A stretch of 64,000 bases of DNA from Candidatus Woesebacteria bacterium (GCA_035389185.1 DAOORK010000001.1:446218-510217), one strand, 5' to 3'; positions 28,333-38,683 are shown, numbered from the stretch's first letter. The notes: generated from the letters alone by a model not told the origin. Translations and numbers: made by a program.

Positions 28333-31300
28333 TTATTCTTCACTTGCGTTGGTAACACCCGCTTCAGCGGCTTCTTCGGAAACTTCTTCCGGTTGTCCTT
28401 CATTTTCTTCTTCCTCGTCTTCGAAGGTAGCAGCTTGGAGTTCTTCACTCATGGCTGTGGCTTCGGAGATCTCTGCCGCAACATCAGGTTTGATGGCGGT
28501 TTGATCTTCCTCAGCAACTTCGACTGAGCCGGTTGGAACGATGGCCAACCCAAGAGAGTTAAGCTCTTTGGTAAGGACTTTGAATGACTCTGGAACAGAA
28601 GACATGGGGATAGTTTCGCCTTTGACAATGGATTCGAAGGCTTTGGAACGGCCAACGACGTCATCAGACTTGATAGTAAGCATTTCTTGGAGTGTGTAGG
28701 CAGCTTTGTGTGCTTCGAGAGCCCAGACTTCCATTTCTCCCAAACGCTGACCACCCATTTGAGCTTTACCTCCAAGAGGTTGCTGAGTAACTAAACTGTA
28801 GGGTCCAATAGAACGAGCATGAGTCTTGTCTTCGACCATGTGATTTAGCTTGATGATGTAGGTTACACCAACGGCAGTTTCTTGATCAAAAGCTTCACCA
28901 GTACGTCCATCGTAGAGCTGGATTTTGCCCGAAACCGGAAGACCTGCTTCTTTGACGACCGAGGCAATCTTGTCTTCGGAAACCGGTTCAAAAACAGGAA
29001 CAGAGAAACGTTTGTTGAGTATGGCACCGGCGAAACCTAGTTCGGCTTCCATAAGCTGACCTAGATTCATACGAGAAAGAACTGAAAGAGGTGAGATGAG
29101 GATGTCCATGGCAGTACCGTCGGCCATGTGAGGCATATCGGCTTGAGAAACAATCTTACTGATGACTCCTTTGTTTCCGTGGCGACCGGCAACTTTGTCA
29201 CCGACAGTGATTTTTCTTAGCTGGGCAACTTTAATTTTGATTTGTTTGATGACACCGGCATCAAGCTCGTCTCCTTCTTCGCGGTTTAGGACGCGAACAG
29301 AGATAATGACTCCCTGCTCACCGTGAGGCATTCGCAGAGAAGTATCACGAACTTCACGGGCTTTCTCACCAAAAATGGCTCGGAGTAAACGCTCTTCAGC
29401 AGTGAGTTCTGTTTCGCCTTTAGGAGCAATTTTGCCAACTAGGATATCGTTGGGACCGACAACGGAACCGATAGCAATGATACCGTCGTTATCGAGGTTT
29501 CTGAGATCAGATTCGGCAACGTTGGGGATATCGCGAGTTAGCTCTTCGGGTCCAAGCTTTGTATCCATAACATCACAAGTGTGTTCGTGGATATGAACAG
29601 AGGACAAGAGATCTTCTTTGACACAGCGATCAGAAACAACGATGGCATCTTCGTAACCAAGACCTTCAAAAGCAGCGTAGCCGATGAGAAGGTTTTGACC
29701 AAGGGCGAGCTCACCATTTTCGGCAGCCGGTCCGTTGATGATGACGTCCCCTTTCTTAACTTTGTCTCCAAGATCAACTAAGGGGTGTTGATTGTAGGAA
29801 GTGTCTTGAGAAGAGTTACTGTATTTGCGAATAGAGTAGGTAACAATATCCTTGTTGACCTCAATAAAACCGTAGTCAAAAGGAGAGATTTTTGAAGCAG
29901 CAATTTTTGCATTTTCGGCAGTAACTTTTAGGGAGATGTGGTCAGCGTCAACGGAGATAACTTCACCGTCGAACAGTGATTTCACAACCCAGCCCATGCC
30001 TTGAGCCACGGAATTTTCCATACCGGTACCGACAATAGGAGCAGATGGTTTAACCAAGGGCAAAGCTTGAGTAAGGTGGTGCGTACCCATAAGAGCACGA
30101 GTACCTTCGTCTTGCTGAATGAAAGGAATTAAGGACGCGGATGTTCCCAAAACCTGTCGAGGGACGACATCAATGTATTGAATAAGATTAACGTCAACTT
30201 CGATATATTTCCCTTGGAAACGAGCAGGGACCCATTTCTGTGTAATAACATTACCATCACGCTCAATACCTGCGTGGGTAATGTAGGCATCTTCCTCATC
30301 ATCGGCAGCGAGATAGATAATTTCTTTACCGATTTGGTAGGTAGATTTTCCTCCTTTGGTGACTTTTTCAACCTTGAGATAAGGAGATTCGAGGAAACCA
30401 AAGTCGTTGATACGAGCGTAAAGCGCAAGATAAGTAACCAAACCAATGTTTGGACCTTCGGGAGATCTTACCGGACAGATACGGGAATACTGAGAAGAGT
30501 GAATATCACGCATGGAGAAACTGGCACGTTCTCTGGTGATACCACCAGGACCCATGACAGAGATACGACGAAGGTTATCAATTTCCGAAAGAGGATTAAC
30601 TTGATCGAGAATTGAAGAAAGTCTGTTGCGGCGGAAGAACTCGGTGATGGCGGAGATAATTGGACGAGGGTTAACGAAAGCAGCCGGAGTTGGAAGCTCA
30701 TCTGGTTTGGCAAGAGACATCTTTTCCTTGATGGAACGTTCGAGTCTTAGAAGTCCTGCTTTGAATGAAGTTTGGTTGACAAGTTCACCAACACAGCGAA
30801 GACGACGATTGGCCAAATGATCAATATCATCAGTTTTTCCTTTACCGTTTTGGAGACTAATCAAATACTTGATTGAACCAACAAAATCATCAACACTTAA
30901 AGTGACGTGTTGTCTGTCAACCGGAGTAGAGATACCGAGTTTACGGTTCATCTTGTAACGACCAACAGTACCAAGATTGTAGCGACGAGAATCGAAGAAC
31001 ATTTGGTGAAGTAAGGCTTTGGCGTTTTCAAGAACGGCAGGTTCTCCAGGACGAACTTTTTGATAGAACTCTAGCAAAGCTTCTTCTGTGTTGGTAGTAG
31101 TGTCTTTTAGAAGCGTGGTAGCGATGTATTGATGATCTTTGTCAGTATCAACCTCGGCAAAGAGAGCGACGATTTCTTCGTTGGTACTGAAACCTAAAGC
31201 ACGAATAAGAGTAGTGGCAGAAATCTTGCGATGACGATCAATACGGACCGAGAGATGATCGTTGCGACTTACCAAAACCTCAAGCCAGGAACCACGCATG

Positions 31301-31776
31301 GGGCGAATTTCGGCCTGATGAATAGCACGACCTGAGTGAGGATCAACTTCGCGAGTGAAATAAACACCAGGAGAACGAACAAGTTGGTTAACAACGACAC
31401 GTTCAACACCATTAATGATGAAAGTACCTGTGGAGGTCATCATGGGGATATCACCAAGGAAAATTTCCTGTTGCTGGGTGGCTTTGGAGTGAAGATTGGT
31501 CAGTTTGACAGTAGCCCAAAGAGGAGCTTCAAAAGTGACGCCTTTTTCGATGGCAAGTTTAGGGGAGATTTTGGGTAAACCAATGCGATTACTAAGAAAT
31601 TCAAATTCAAATACCTTACCGGTGAAGTCTTTGATAGGGTTTAGTTCGGTGAGAGACTCACTTATACCTTCTTCGAGAAATTGTTTGTATGAATCAAGTT
31701 GAATCTGAGTCAGGTTCAATTCTGGTAATACAGGGGAAATTTTGCCCCAGTTTTCACGATTGGTTTGTTTATTCAT
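28333..31776 (-). CDS. rpoB: DNA-directed RNA polymerase subunit beta (1147 aa) with acidic C-terminal tail
   Basis: rifampicin-cluster and catalytic-region signatures; C-terminal FEDEEEENEGQPEEV tail. Confidence 0.97.
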   Translation of the reverse strand: MNKQTNRENWGKISPVLPELNLTQIQLDSYKQFLEEGISESLTELNPIKDFTGKVFEFEFLSNRIGLPKISPKLAIEKGVTFEAPLWATVKLTNLHSKATQQQEIFLGDIPMMTSTGTFIINGVERVVVNQLVRSPGVYFTREVDPHSGRAIHQAEIRPMRGSWLEVLVSRNDHLSVRIDRHRKISATTLIRALGFSTNEEIVALFAEVDTDKDHQYIATTLLKDTTTNTEEALLEFYQKVRPGEPAVLENAKALLHQMFFDSRRYNLGTVGRYKMNRKLGISTPVDRQHVTLSVDDFVGSIKYLISLQNGKGKTDDIDHLANRRLRCVGELVNQTSFKAGLLRLERSIKEKMSLAKPDELPTPAAFVNPRPIISAITEFFRRNRLSSILDQVNPLSEIDNLRRISVMGPGGITRERASFSMRDIHSSQYSRICPVRSPEGPNIGLVTYLALYARINDFGFLESPYLKVEKVTKGGKSTYQIGKEIIYLAADDEEDAYITHAGIERDGNVITQKWVPARFQGKYIEVDVNLIQYIDVVPRQVLGTSASLIPFIQQDEGTRALMGTHHLTQALPLVKPSAPIVGTGMENSVAQGMGWVVKSLFDGEVISVDADHISLKVTAENAKIAASKISPFDYGFIEVNKDIVTYSIRKYSNSSQDTSYNQHPLVDLGDKVKKGDVIINGPAAENGELALGQNLLIGYAAFEGLGYEDAIVVSDRCVKEDLLSSVHIHEHTCDVMDTKLGPEELTRDIPNVAESDLRNLDNDGIIAIGSVVGPNDILVGKIAPKGETELTAEERLLRAIFGEKAREVRDTSLRMPHGEQGVIISVRVLNREEGDELDAGVIKQIKIKVAQLRKITVGDKVAGRHGNKGVISKIVSQADMPHMADGTAMDILISPLSVLSRMNLGQLMEAELGFAGAILNKRFSVPVFEPVSEDKIASVVKEAGLPVSGKIQLYDGRTGEAFDQETAVGVTYIIKLNHMVEDKTHARSIGPYSLVTQQPLGGKAQMGGQRLGEMEVWALEAHKAAYTLQEMLTIKSDDVVGRSKAFESIVKGETIPMSSVPESFKVLTKELNSLGLAIVPTGSVEVAEEDQTAIKPDVAAEISEATAMSEELQAATFEDEEEENEGQPEEVSEEAAEAGVTNASEE

Positions 31777-31915
31777 CCGTTTTTTGGATTTAAGGAAAAG
31801 TAAATAACAATGGACAACAGACGAAAACCTGACCGAGACAAATTCCAGCCAAGTTTATAGCAGTGGCAATAGGATATCATAAAATCAAGGCCGTTGTCAA
31901 CCTGGAGATTTTTGT

Positions 31916-32983
31916 TTACTGACAGTCCTTTTGGAGATAAGTACAGACGTTTTGGTTGTGTTGTTCAATAGTGTTAGCAAAGTGAATCTGGCCGTTATTG
32001 TCATGAAGATAGAACCAGGCTGAAGTAGTTTTGGGGTTGGCGGCGGCGGCAAGGGCGGATTTTCCCGGATTACTTATTGGCTTGGGAGGAAGACCCTGAT
32101 TGATATACGTGTTGTAGGAAGATTTGTATTGAAGATCGGCTTTACTTAAAGACTTTGGCCACCAGTCACAGTCAAGTTTTTTACATTTGGCAGTAGAAAG
32201 AGCGTACTGAACCGTGGCATCAATCTGCAGTGGCCAACTGGCCTGAAGACGGTTTTCAATAACGCCAGCAATCTCGGGCATTTCGTCTGAGTTCGCCGCT
32301 TCTCTCTCTAAAAGAGAGGCAATGATAATAATTCTGTCAGTGTTTTTGGTGCTGATTTTTAATTGATCGGCAATTTGGATGAAACGGTCATCGAACTTAC
32401 CGATGATGGTACGAGTGTCGGACTTTGGATCAAAATCATAGGTATCGGGAAAAAGTCGACCCTCTTTGCTTTCGGTGAGAGACAGGAATTCAGATGTCGC
32501 AAACTTGGCACCGTCTACTTCCTTAAAAGCTTTTTCTAGAATGACTGCAATTTCCTGACGCCGCAGACCTTCAGGGATGGTGACTCTAACCTGTCTGACG
32601 GTAGCGTGAGTAAGAGCTTTGGCAATATCGGTAAGACTCATGTCTGGGGAGAGACGGAAGAATCCAGCCTGGATTTTGTTGGAAATACCCAGTGTGACAA
32701 CGGTAATTTTGAAGGCTGAACGAGAACGAATGAGTTTCATGGCACTGAGCTCCTGACCAATACGATCAACACCCCAACCAGTTTTTATTTCGAATTCAAC
32801 TGGGGAGGTTTGACTGTAAGTGACTGGCCGAGTTGAAATGTAAAACCAAAAAAAGAACCCAAAAGCAAGAATGCCTAGGGCAACTAGCAAACGTCCCAAA
32901 CCTAAAAATGAGTGATTAGACTTCGCTGAGGAGTGCACGGCGGTAAGTATTTGTTTTAGGGTTGTAAATAAAAATGCGGCCAC
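31916..32983 (-). CDS. mltG: endolytic murein transglycosylase MltG (YceG-like), GTG start
   Basis: N-terminal TM anchor then YceG-like domain; synteny ruvX-(small)-mltG as in Firmicutes; start ambiguous (overlaps upstream ORF by 68 nt). Confidence 0.8.
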   Translation of the reverse strand: MAAFLFTTLKQILTAVHSSAKSNHSFLGLGRLLVALGILAFGFFFWFYISTRPVTYSQTSPVEFEIKTGWGVDRIGQELSAMKLIRSRSAFKITVVTLGISNKIQAGFFRLSPDMSLTDIAKALTHATVRQVRVTIPEGLRRQEIAVILEKAFKEVDGAKFATSEFLSLTESKEGRLFPDTYDFDPKSDTRTIIGKFDDRFIQIADQLKISTKNTDRIIIIASLLEREAANSDEMPEIAGVIENRLQASWPLQIDATVQYALSTAKCKKLDCDWWPKSLSKADLQYKSSYNTYINQGLPPKPISNPGKSALAAAANPKTTSAWFYLHDNNGQIHFANTIEQHNQNVCTYLQKDCQ

Positions 32984-33122
32984 ATTTACAGGTAACCTGA
33001 TCGCAACCTTTTACGGTTTTTGAAGGTACCCTCTCACCTTCGGTAAGAGAAGTGCCACACCCAACACAAGAGCCCTTAGAAAGGAGCCAGGCCTGGACAG
33101 GGGCGATAATGTTCTTGAACAT
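32916..33122 (-). CDS. small zinc-ribbon protein (68 aa)
   Basis: CVGCG-x17-CDQVTCKCG cysteine pattern; ATG start; sits in the slot occupied by a small DUF gene between ruvX and mltG in other bacteria. Confidence 0.5.
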   Translation of the reverse strand: MFKNIIAPVQAWLLSKGSCVGCGTSLTEGERVPSKTVKGCDQVTCKCGRIFIYNPKTNTYRRALLSEV

Positions 33123-33134
33123 ATGTTTATTGTA

Positions 33135-33527
33135 TCAAAGAGAGTCGAGGTAGTCCTCGAGAATTAGAGCAGCGGCGGTTTGATGTTCAGTTTGCTGACG
33201 ACGGGAAAGATTTTTGCCGGTATTTTTGAGAAGAGATTTGGCTGACCGAGAAGAAAGATCCTCTGAGAAAAGCACAATTTCGCCTGAGAATACTTTGGCT
33301 AACTTTTTTTGAAAACATTGGACACTTTCGACTAGAGGCCCATGATGAGGAATGCCGATAACAATAGTGTCTGGATTGATTTTGGCGATAAAAGGTAAAA
33401 GTTTACCCAGGAGTTTATCTGTATTTGTTTCAAAGATGGTAGTTAGGGGTTCTGCCAAAATCCCCTCGTGGGAAATAGCGAGGCCAGTGTGGGCAGTACC
33501 AAGGTCGAGACATAAAATAACGGACAT
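33135..33527 (-). CDS. ruvX: Holliday-junction-resolvase-like nuclease YqgF/RuvX (pre-16S rRNA nuclease)
   Basis: ILCLDLGTAHTGLAIS RNase H-like N-terminus; 130 aa; synteny with alaS/mltG. Confidence 0.85.
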   Translation of the reverse strand: MSVILCLDLGTAHTGLAISHEGILAEPLTTIFETNTDKLLGKLLPFIAKINPDTIVIGIPHHGPLVESVQCFQKKLAKVFSGEIVLFSEDLSSRSAKSLLKNTGKNLSRRQQTEHQTAAALILEDYLDSL

Positions 33528-33561
33528 GGGTTGATTATATGGCAGTTGGTATGTTTTATTG

Positions 33562-34329
33562 TCAATCCGAAATGAGAGTACCTTCTACAACGAGACGTCT
33601 AAGAGTAGTTCCAGGAGGAACACAAGTAATAACTTTGATCGTCTTTGACGAATAGTTCTGTTTGAGAACCCAAAGTTCTGAAGGTTTTACTTCGATAGTA
33701 TTGGTCACACGATAGGTGTATTCCTTGTCAACATACTTAACGATAATATCGGAGCCTACTTTGAGTTTGGTGAGATTGGAAAAAATGGTGGTGTATTTTT
33801 TGGAGTCATAGAACTGGGGTAAGGTGGAATGACCAAAAATAACCGGAGATCCTGATTGTCCTGGGAGAGCAGTTTGAGGGTACTGAACCAAATGTTTGGT
33901 GAGATCTTCATCAAAAAGAGCAACTTCGGCATCGGTAAGACCGAGCGAGGGAATAGATATCAAGTAGGTATCAGGAATATCAGGATTGTATTCTTTTTGA
34001 TTGGCGGCAAAAAGATTATTTTGGCCACTCCCCGGGAACCAAGTACTAGCTTTGGTGTAGTCAAGATCGGTCAGAACTTTGGGTTCTTGATCGGAACTGG
34101 CTTTGGTTTCGTAATAAACCGGAGAGAGAAGTCCGGAGTCATTTGACTGCGAAGGTTTTAGAGTTTTGAGTTGATAACTAACAACTGGGTAAGCAACAGC
34201 ACCGAGAATACCAAGTCCTAGGGCAGAGATTAGAGTGGGTACTGTCTTAAGATAAAGAGGTATTCTTCTGCCGGGATGAGGGTTTTTGGCAGTTGCTTTT
34301 TTGTAACCGTAAAGCATGTTAGTTGGCAA
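33562..34329 (-). CDS. sortase (class A/E-like transpeptidase) with N-terminal membrane anchor
   Basis: catalytic His (VIFGHSTL), TLxTC-like motif (KVITCVPPGTTLRR) with downstream Arg. Confidence 0.8.
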   Translation of the reverse strand: MPTNMLYGYKKATAKNPHPGRRIPLYLKTVPTLISALGLGILGAVAYPVVSYQLKTLKPSQSNDSGLLSPVYYETKASSDQEPKVLTDLDYTKASTWFPGSGQNNLFAANQKEYNPDIPDTYLISIPSLGLTDAEVALFDEDLTKHLVQYPQTALPGQSGSPVIFGHSTLPQFYDSKKYTTIFSNLTKLKVGSDIIVKYVDKEYTYRVTNTIEVKPSELWVLKQNYSSKTIKVITCVPPGTTLRRLVVEGTLISD

Positions 34330-36508
34330 CTAAAGAGAACTTGATTTTGGATAGCGGCAGAATTTTGGTATAGACGGGTATTGCCGGACTAATTCTGACA
34401 TTTAAGTGATCAAAACCTTGAATAGTGGTAAAAAGAGGGCGAATACCGGAAACTTGTTTACCTTTGACAAAACTCTTGTATTTTTCCTCGTCGATTATGG
34501 GAAAAATACTGGCTTCGACATCGACCTTTGCCTGGTAGACTTTGTCAACAAGTGAAGGTGTGGCCAGTTTGATAGCGGTATTTCCTTGGAAGATCTCAGA
34601 ACCGGCGGGAATTTGAGAAGCGATTTCGGTAGACACTAGCTGATAAAGACTGTCATCCGAGTAAACAAGGGTTTCGGTCGAACCTTCGAGACTAAGGTTG
34701 AGATTGGTAGCTTCTTCCCCGACGTTTTTATCGAAGGTTTTTTTGGTAATCGCAAAATCAGATAGAACTAGAGAACTGAATCCTGGGGTTTGAGCTTGAG
34801 TTGATTGCTGAACTTGGGCTTTTATTTTGTCTGTGGCTGTCTGTAAAAGTTTGTCTTGATCTGCTTTGGAAACAGCGCGGACTGCCCGGGACGTGCCGCC
34901 GGAAAAATCTGTATCGGCAACTGCATAGGCAACACTTCTGGAATAGTTGTCAACCGAGAAAGTGGTGTTTTTGGATAAATTGTAGTCAGCCCCGATTTTT
35001 GATGCGGTAACACCGACACCTGTGGCTTTGCCATAGGTTTCCTGAAAGGTAAGCGGGTCGGCGCTCTTGGAGGCAATGGTGACAGCGTCGTTTAGAGAAT
35101 ATGCATATTTGCCGTTTTCGGAAAGAATGGTAGCTCCGGCTTTGAGAGTAATTGGAGAAACTGATTTGTTGGCAATAGTGATAGTGCCGGAGGCTTTGTC
35201 GCCAACAGTGGCTTCACCTGAAGTTTCGATTGAGTCTTGGGTATTCCCTGAAACTACTTTTTTGGAGGCTAGAAGAGTCGGAATGCCAGAGACTGAGCTT
35301 TCAGCAATGGCAATAGTAAACTGGCTGGTAATTTTTTGTGGTTTGAAAGAGATTAAAATTTCTGCTTCTCCAAAGATAAGATAAGCAATGAAACCAAGAA
35401 GTAGAAGTGCTGGGGCGGCAAGAAGATAGAGAAGTGATGGTTTCCCCTTGGTAAATTTGGGAAAAGAAAATTTGGGAACTTTGGGTAGGGTTAGAGCAAA
35501 TTGAGGTTTGCTAACAGGAGTTTCTTCGACTTGAGGAGGAGTTACTTCAGCGTCTTGGGCATCGGCGGTAAAGGCATATTCCGGTTCATCAGAGACAGCT
35601 TGCGGCTCGGGGGTGATGTCTTTTTCCACCGATTCCGGGGCGGTTGTTTCTTCGTAAGTAAAGCCGAGATCGGTGATGGAACTAGGAGTGTTTTGGGGGA
35701 CAACAATGTTGGATTCTTCTTTAGGTAAAGCAGAATTGTCGTCAGAAGAGTCATCTTTGGCAACTCCAGAATTGTTGTACTCGATGGCTTCCAGGCCGCC
35801 GGTGAGAGCAATAGCTTTAATACTAAAATCAACCGGAAGAACCTCAACTTTGGGCATGTGTTGGAAGGAAAGGCGCTCTTGCCAAGGGTGAGAGGTTATA
35901 CGCTGTTCTTCTTCCTCGAGATTACCTCCATTGGTGAGAATGAATCTAGATGGGAAGTTTTCGTCACTTATGGTGGTGAGCCCTTCTTCGACGTCTTGAG
36001 CAATGTCGCCTGAGCGAGCCGCTTCTTCGGACGAAGTAATTTCTCCTTGTTTGATAACAGAGACTACGACTTTGGTAGTGTAGATCTCAAGAAGAATAGC
36101 TGTTGGGGGAATACCTTCCAGCTTTTTCATGTAGTGAGCAATGGCTGAGTTAATCGGTACCATGCCGATCGGAGATAATTCCAGTTCTTTAACGAGACGA
36201 TTCAGAAGTCTGTTTTTGCTGGCATGAATTTTGCCATCCTCGATCCAGGTGTCAGGTAGACCAAAAATTACTTTTCTTGGCTGAGCGTTTATGGCTCTCA
36301 CCGCTTGCTCAAGTGAGGCATCCACGCCATTGATTAACGATTCTTCGTCTGCCCAGGACTCGTAAGAACCGATGTTGACAATAGCAGGCGTCCCTTCAGT
36401 TACTCCCCAGAGAGCTGTCTTGATGAGCGATTCGTGAATTTCGATGGCCAGATAGTATTCTGGTTCAACGGTTTTTGTCTTATTTCCAAATAAGTTAACT
36501 AGGTTCAT
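34319..36508 (-). CDS. large single-pass membrane protein (729 aa): N-terminal cytoplasmic domain (possibly FtsA/PilM/GspL-like, tentative), acidic/Pro-rich linker, TM, about 360-aa Ser/Thr/Ala-rich extracytoplasmic domain
   Basis: hydrophobic segment LLYLLAAPALLLLGFIAYLIFG about residues 350-372; weak actin-fold-like N-terminus (LAIEIHESLIKTALWG, IGMVPINSAIAHY); no LPXTG. Confidence 0.7.
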   Translation of the reverse strand: MNLVNLFGNKTKTVEPEYYLAIEIHESLIKTALWGVTEGTPAIVNIGSYESWADEESLINGVDASLEQAVRAINAQPRKVIFGLPDTWIEDGKIHASKNRLLNRLVKELELSPIGMVPINSAIAHYMKKLEGIPPTAILLEIYTTKVVVSVIKQGEITSSEEAARSGDIAQDVEEGLTTISDENFPSRFILTNGGNLEEEEQRITSHPWQERLSFQHMPKVEVLPVDFSIKAIALTGGLEAIEYNNSGVAKDDSSDDNSALPKEESNIVVPQNTPSSITDLGFTYEETTAPESVEKDITPEPQAVSDEPEYAFTADAQDAEVTPPQVEETPVSKPQFALTLPKVPKFSFPKFTKGKPSLLYLLAAPALLLLGFIAYLIFGEAEILISFKPQKITSQFTIAIAESSVSGIPTLLASKKVVSGNTQDSIETSGEATVGDKASGTITIANKSVSPITLKAGATILSENGKYAYSLNDAVTIASKSADPLTFQETYGKATGVGVTASKIGADYNLSKNTTFSVDNYSRSVAYAVADTDFSGGTSRAVRAVSKADQDKLLQTATDKIKAQVQQSTQAQTPGFSSLVLSDFAITKKTFDKNVGEEATNLNLSLEGSTETLVYSDDSLYQLVSTEIASQIPAGSEIFQGNTAIKLATPSLVDKVYQAKVDVEASIFPIIDEEKYKSFVKGKQVSGIRPLFTTIQGFDHLNVRISPAIPVYTKILPLSKIKFSLVAN

Positions 36509-36531
36509 GTTTACTTGCCCTCGAGGGGCTT

Positions 36532-38373
36532 TTACATGTCAAACTGTAGATAAAGACGGCGCGTTCCGGCGCCAAGAGACTCTTGTTTGACTATCTTTAT
36601 CTTAGCAAGTTCTGCCGTGTTCGTCACATGTGGTCCGCCGCAGATCTCTTTGGAGAAAGGATTCTTGGAGTTACCGATCGTGTAGACACTAACAACGTCG
36701 GGATATTTCTGACCGAAAAAAGCAAGAGCGCCGGAAGCGGTTGCCTTATCTTTGGGCATTTCTGAGCGAGAAACAGGCAACTTTTCGACGATTTTTTGGT
36801 TGATAAGATCTTCAACTAATTTTAGTTGTTCATCGGTTAATTTTTCTGGATGATTAAAATCAAAACGAAGTCTTTCGGAGGTATTGTTGGAACCCTTTTG
36901 GCCAACATGATCACCAAGAATCTGACGAAGAGAAGCCTGCAAAAGATGGGTAATGGTGTGATATTTCATATTGGTCTCGGAGTGATCGGCCAAACCGCCT
37001 TTGAACATACCGGCTGAAGCAGAACGAGAAAGTTCTTTGTGTTTTTCAAACTCTTTCTCAAACTGTTTGGTATCGATCTTGATGTTCATTTGAGAAAGAA
37101 TTTCGGAGGTGATTTCCATGGGGAAACCGTAGTTTTGATAGAGATCAAAAGCGGCTTTACCATCGATATGGGGATTTTTTTCTAGTTCTTTTACTCCCTT
37201 ATCTAGAGAAATACCGAACTTTTTGATTTCGGATCTGATGGTTTCAAAAATGGGTGGTGTGTCTTTTTTGACATCGAAATAGAGAGGTGAATAAAACTGG
37301 GCCACGAGAGTACTAAGAGGGGCAATCTTCTCGAGAGTTTCAAGACTGTTGGTGAGGAAATAAAGCTTAACTGCGGCACGACGGAGAAGACGTCTTAAGA
37401 CATAGCCCTGGGCTTTGTTGGTCGGGAAAACTCCGTCTTTGATAAGGAAGGTAGCAGCGGTAAGATGATCGGCAATAATTCGCATTGATGGCTGGTTAGC
37501 TGGATCGGAGTAAGGTTTGCCCGAAATTGTTTCTATTTCCTGAATTAAAGGGAGGAGACTGCTAATTTTGAACATGTCCGGATCATTATTGGTAGCTGCT
37601 TCCAATCGAGTAAGTCCACCTCCAAAATCGATATTTTTGCGAGGAAGTTCTTCGAGAGTGCCATCGTCTTTTTTGAGATACTGCATGAAAACGTTATTAC
37701 CGATTTCCAAGAAACGCCCGCAGTCACAATTGGGATGACATTTATCATTTTTGAAGGGTGAGCTTTCATGGAGTTTGAGGTTGGCGCCAAAATCGTAAAA
37801 AACCTCAGAGTCGGGCCCGCCCGGTTCACCAGCAGGCATATTTTCGGGAACTCCGGCACGAGACCACCAGTTTTTTGTGGCCGGGTAAGCAAAAATATGA
37901 CCCCCCTCTTTGGTACTAATACCCACTTTTGCAAATAAAGCTTGCCAGATCCTAATAGCGTCTTCATCCTTGGGGACACCGGATCCTCCCTCATAAACGG
38001 TGACAAAAATCTTTTTGGGGTCAAGACCCAGACCGTTTTCTTTGTTTGTCAGAAAATTAAAAAACCACTCAAGCTGTTTGTCCTTGAAGTAGTCTCCGAG
38101 AGACCAGTTACCAAGCATTTCAAAAAAGGTGGTGTGACGATTATCACCGATATTATCGATATCGACTGATCTGAAACACTTTTGGGAGTCAGCCAAACGA
38201 GTACCAAGAGGATGTTTTTGGCCCAAAAGATAGGGCATCATGGACTGCATACCGGCAGATGTAAAAAGAGTGGTGGCGTCCCCTTCAGGGACAAGAGAAG
38301 CAGAAGGGATAATAGTGTGACCACGCTTTTCCATAAAACTGAGATACCGAGTACGAATTTCGTTGATGGTCAT
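36532..38373 (-). CDS. alaS: alanine--tRNA ligase, short form (613 aa; catalytic + editing HxxxH region, no C-Ala domain)
   Basis: class II aaRS motifs, AlaRS N-terminus MTINEIRTRYLSFMEKRGH; editing-domain HTITHLL...H. Confidence 0.93.
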   Translation of the reverse strand: MTINEIRTRYLSFMEKRGHTIIPSASLVPEGDATTLFTSAGMQSMMPYLLGQKHPLGTRLADSQKCFRSVDIDNIGDNRHTTFFEMLGNWSLGDYFKDKQLEWFFNFLTNKENGLGLDPKKIFVTVYEGGSGVPKDEDAIRIWQALFAKVGISTKEGGHIFAYPATKNWWSRAGVPENMPAGEPGGPDSEVFYDFGANLKLHESSPFKNDKCHPNCDCGRFLEIGNNVFMQYLKKDDGTLEELPRKNIDFGGGLTRLEAATNNDPDMFKISSLLPLIQEIETISGKPYSDPANQPSMRIIADHLTAATFLIKDGVFPTNKAQGYVLRRLLRRAAVKLYFLTNSLETLEKIAPLSTLVAQFYSPLYFDVKKDTPPIFETIRSEIKKFGISLDKGVKELEKNPHIDGKAAFDLYQNYGFPMEITSEILSQMNIKIDTKQFEKEFEKHKELSRSASAGMFKGGLADHSETNMKYHTITHLLQASLRQILGDHVGQKGSNNTSERLRFDFNHPEKLTDEQLKLVEDLINQKIVEKLPVSRSEMPKDKATASGALAFFGQKYPDVVSVYTIGNSKNPFSKEICGGPHVTNTAELAKIKIVKQESLGAGTRRLYLQFDM

Positions 38374-38405
38374 TTGAGTATGAATTATAGCCTAAAAAAA
38401 GGATA

Positions 38406-38433
38406 ACAAAAAAGCGGATGCAATGATCCGCTT
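38406..38433 (-). terminator. intrinsic terminator (AAGCGGAT-GCAATG-ATCCGCTT + U-run on - strand) after micro-protein gene
   Basis: 8-bp perfect stem 38412-38433, A-run 38406-38411. Confidence 0.65.
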
Positions 38434-38461
38434 AACTGACTTTGATATTGGTGTGGCAGAA

Positions 38462-38683
38462 TCACCATGGGAAAATTAGAATGCCGACAAAAAGAAAGGC
38501 GATGAAACAAACTATCTGATACACGTGTTCACAGCCGCGAATTTCTTCGGCTCCACCCTTGACATAAATTTGCTTAATTTCTTCCTTGTGTTTATGCCAT
38601 TTGACCTCGTCAACAATGAACCAAACAAGCACGGCTGCGGCTATAGCAAGAAATATTAGCGAAAAGATTGTCTGCCCTATCAT
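38462..38683 (-). CDS. two-TM micro membrane protein (73 aa)
   Basis: ATG preceded by AAGGAGG; two hydrophobic helices; N-terminus MIGQTIFSLIFLAIAAAVLV resembles neighbour. Confidence 0.6.
   Translation of the reverse strand: MIGQTIFSLIFLAIAAAVLVWFIVDEVKWHKHKEEIKQIYVKGGAEEIRGCEHVYQIVCFIAFLFVGILIFPW

Noticed and set aside
34319-36508. Large membrane protein as sortase substrate
   Set aside because: No C-terminal LPXTG or related sorting signal; C-terminus is not a hydrophobic anchor
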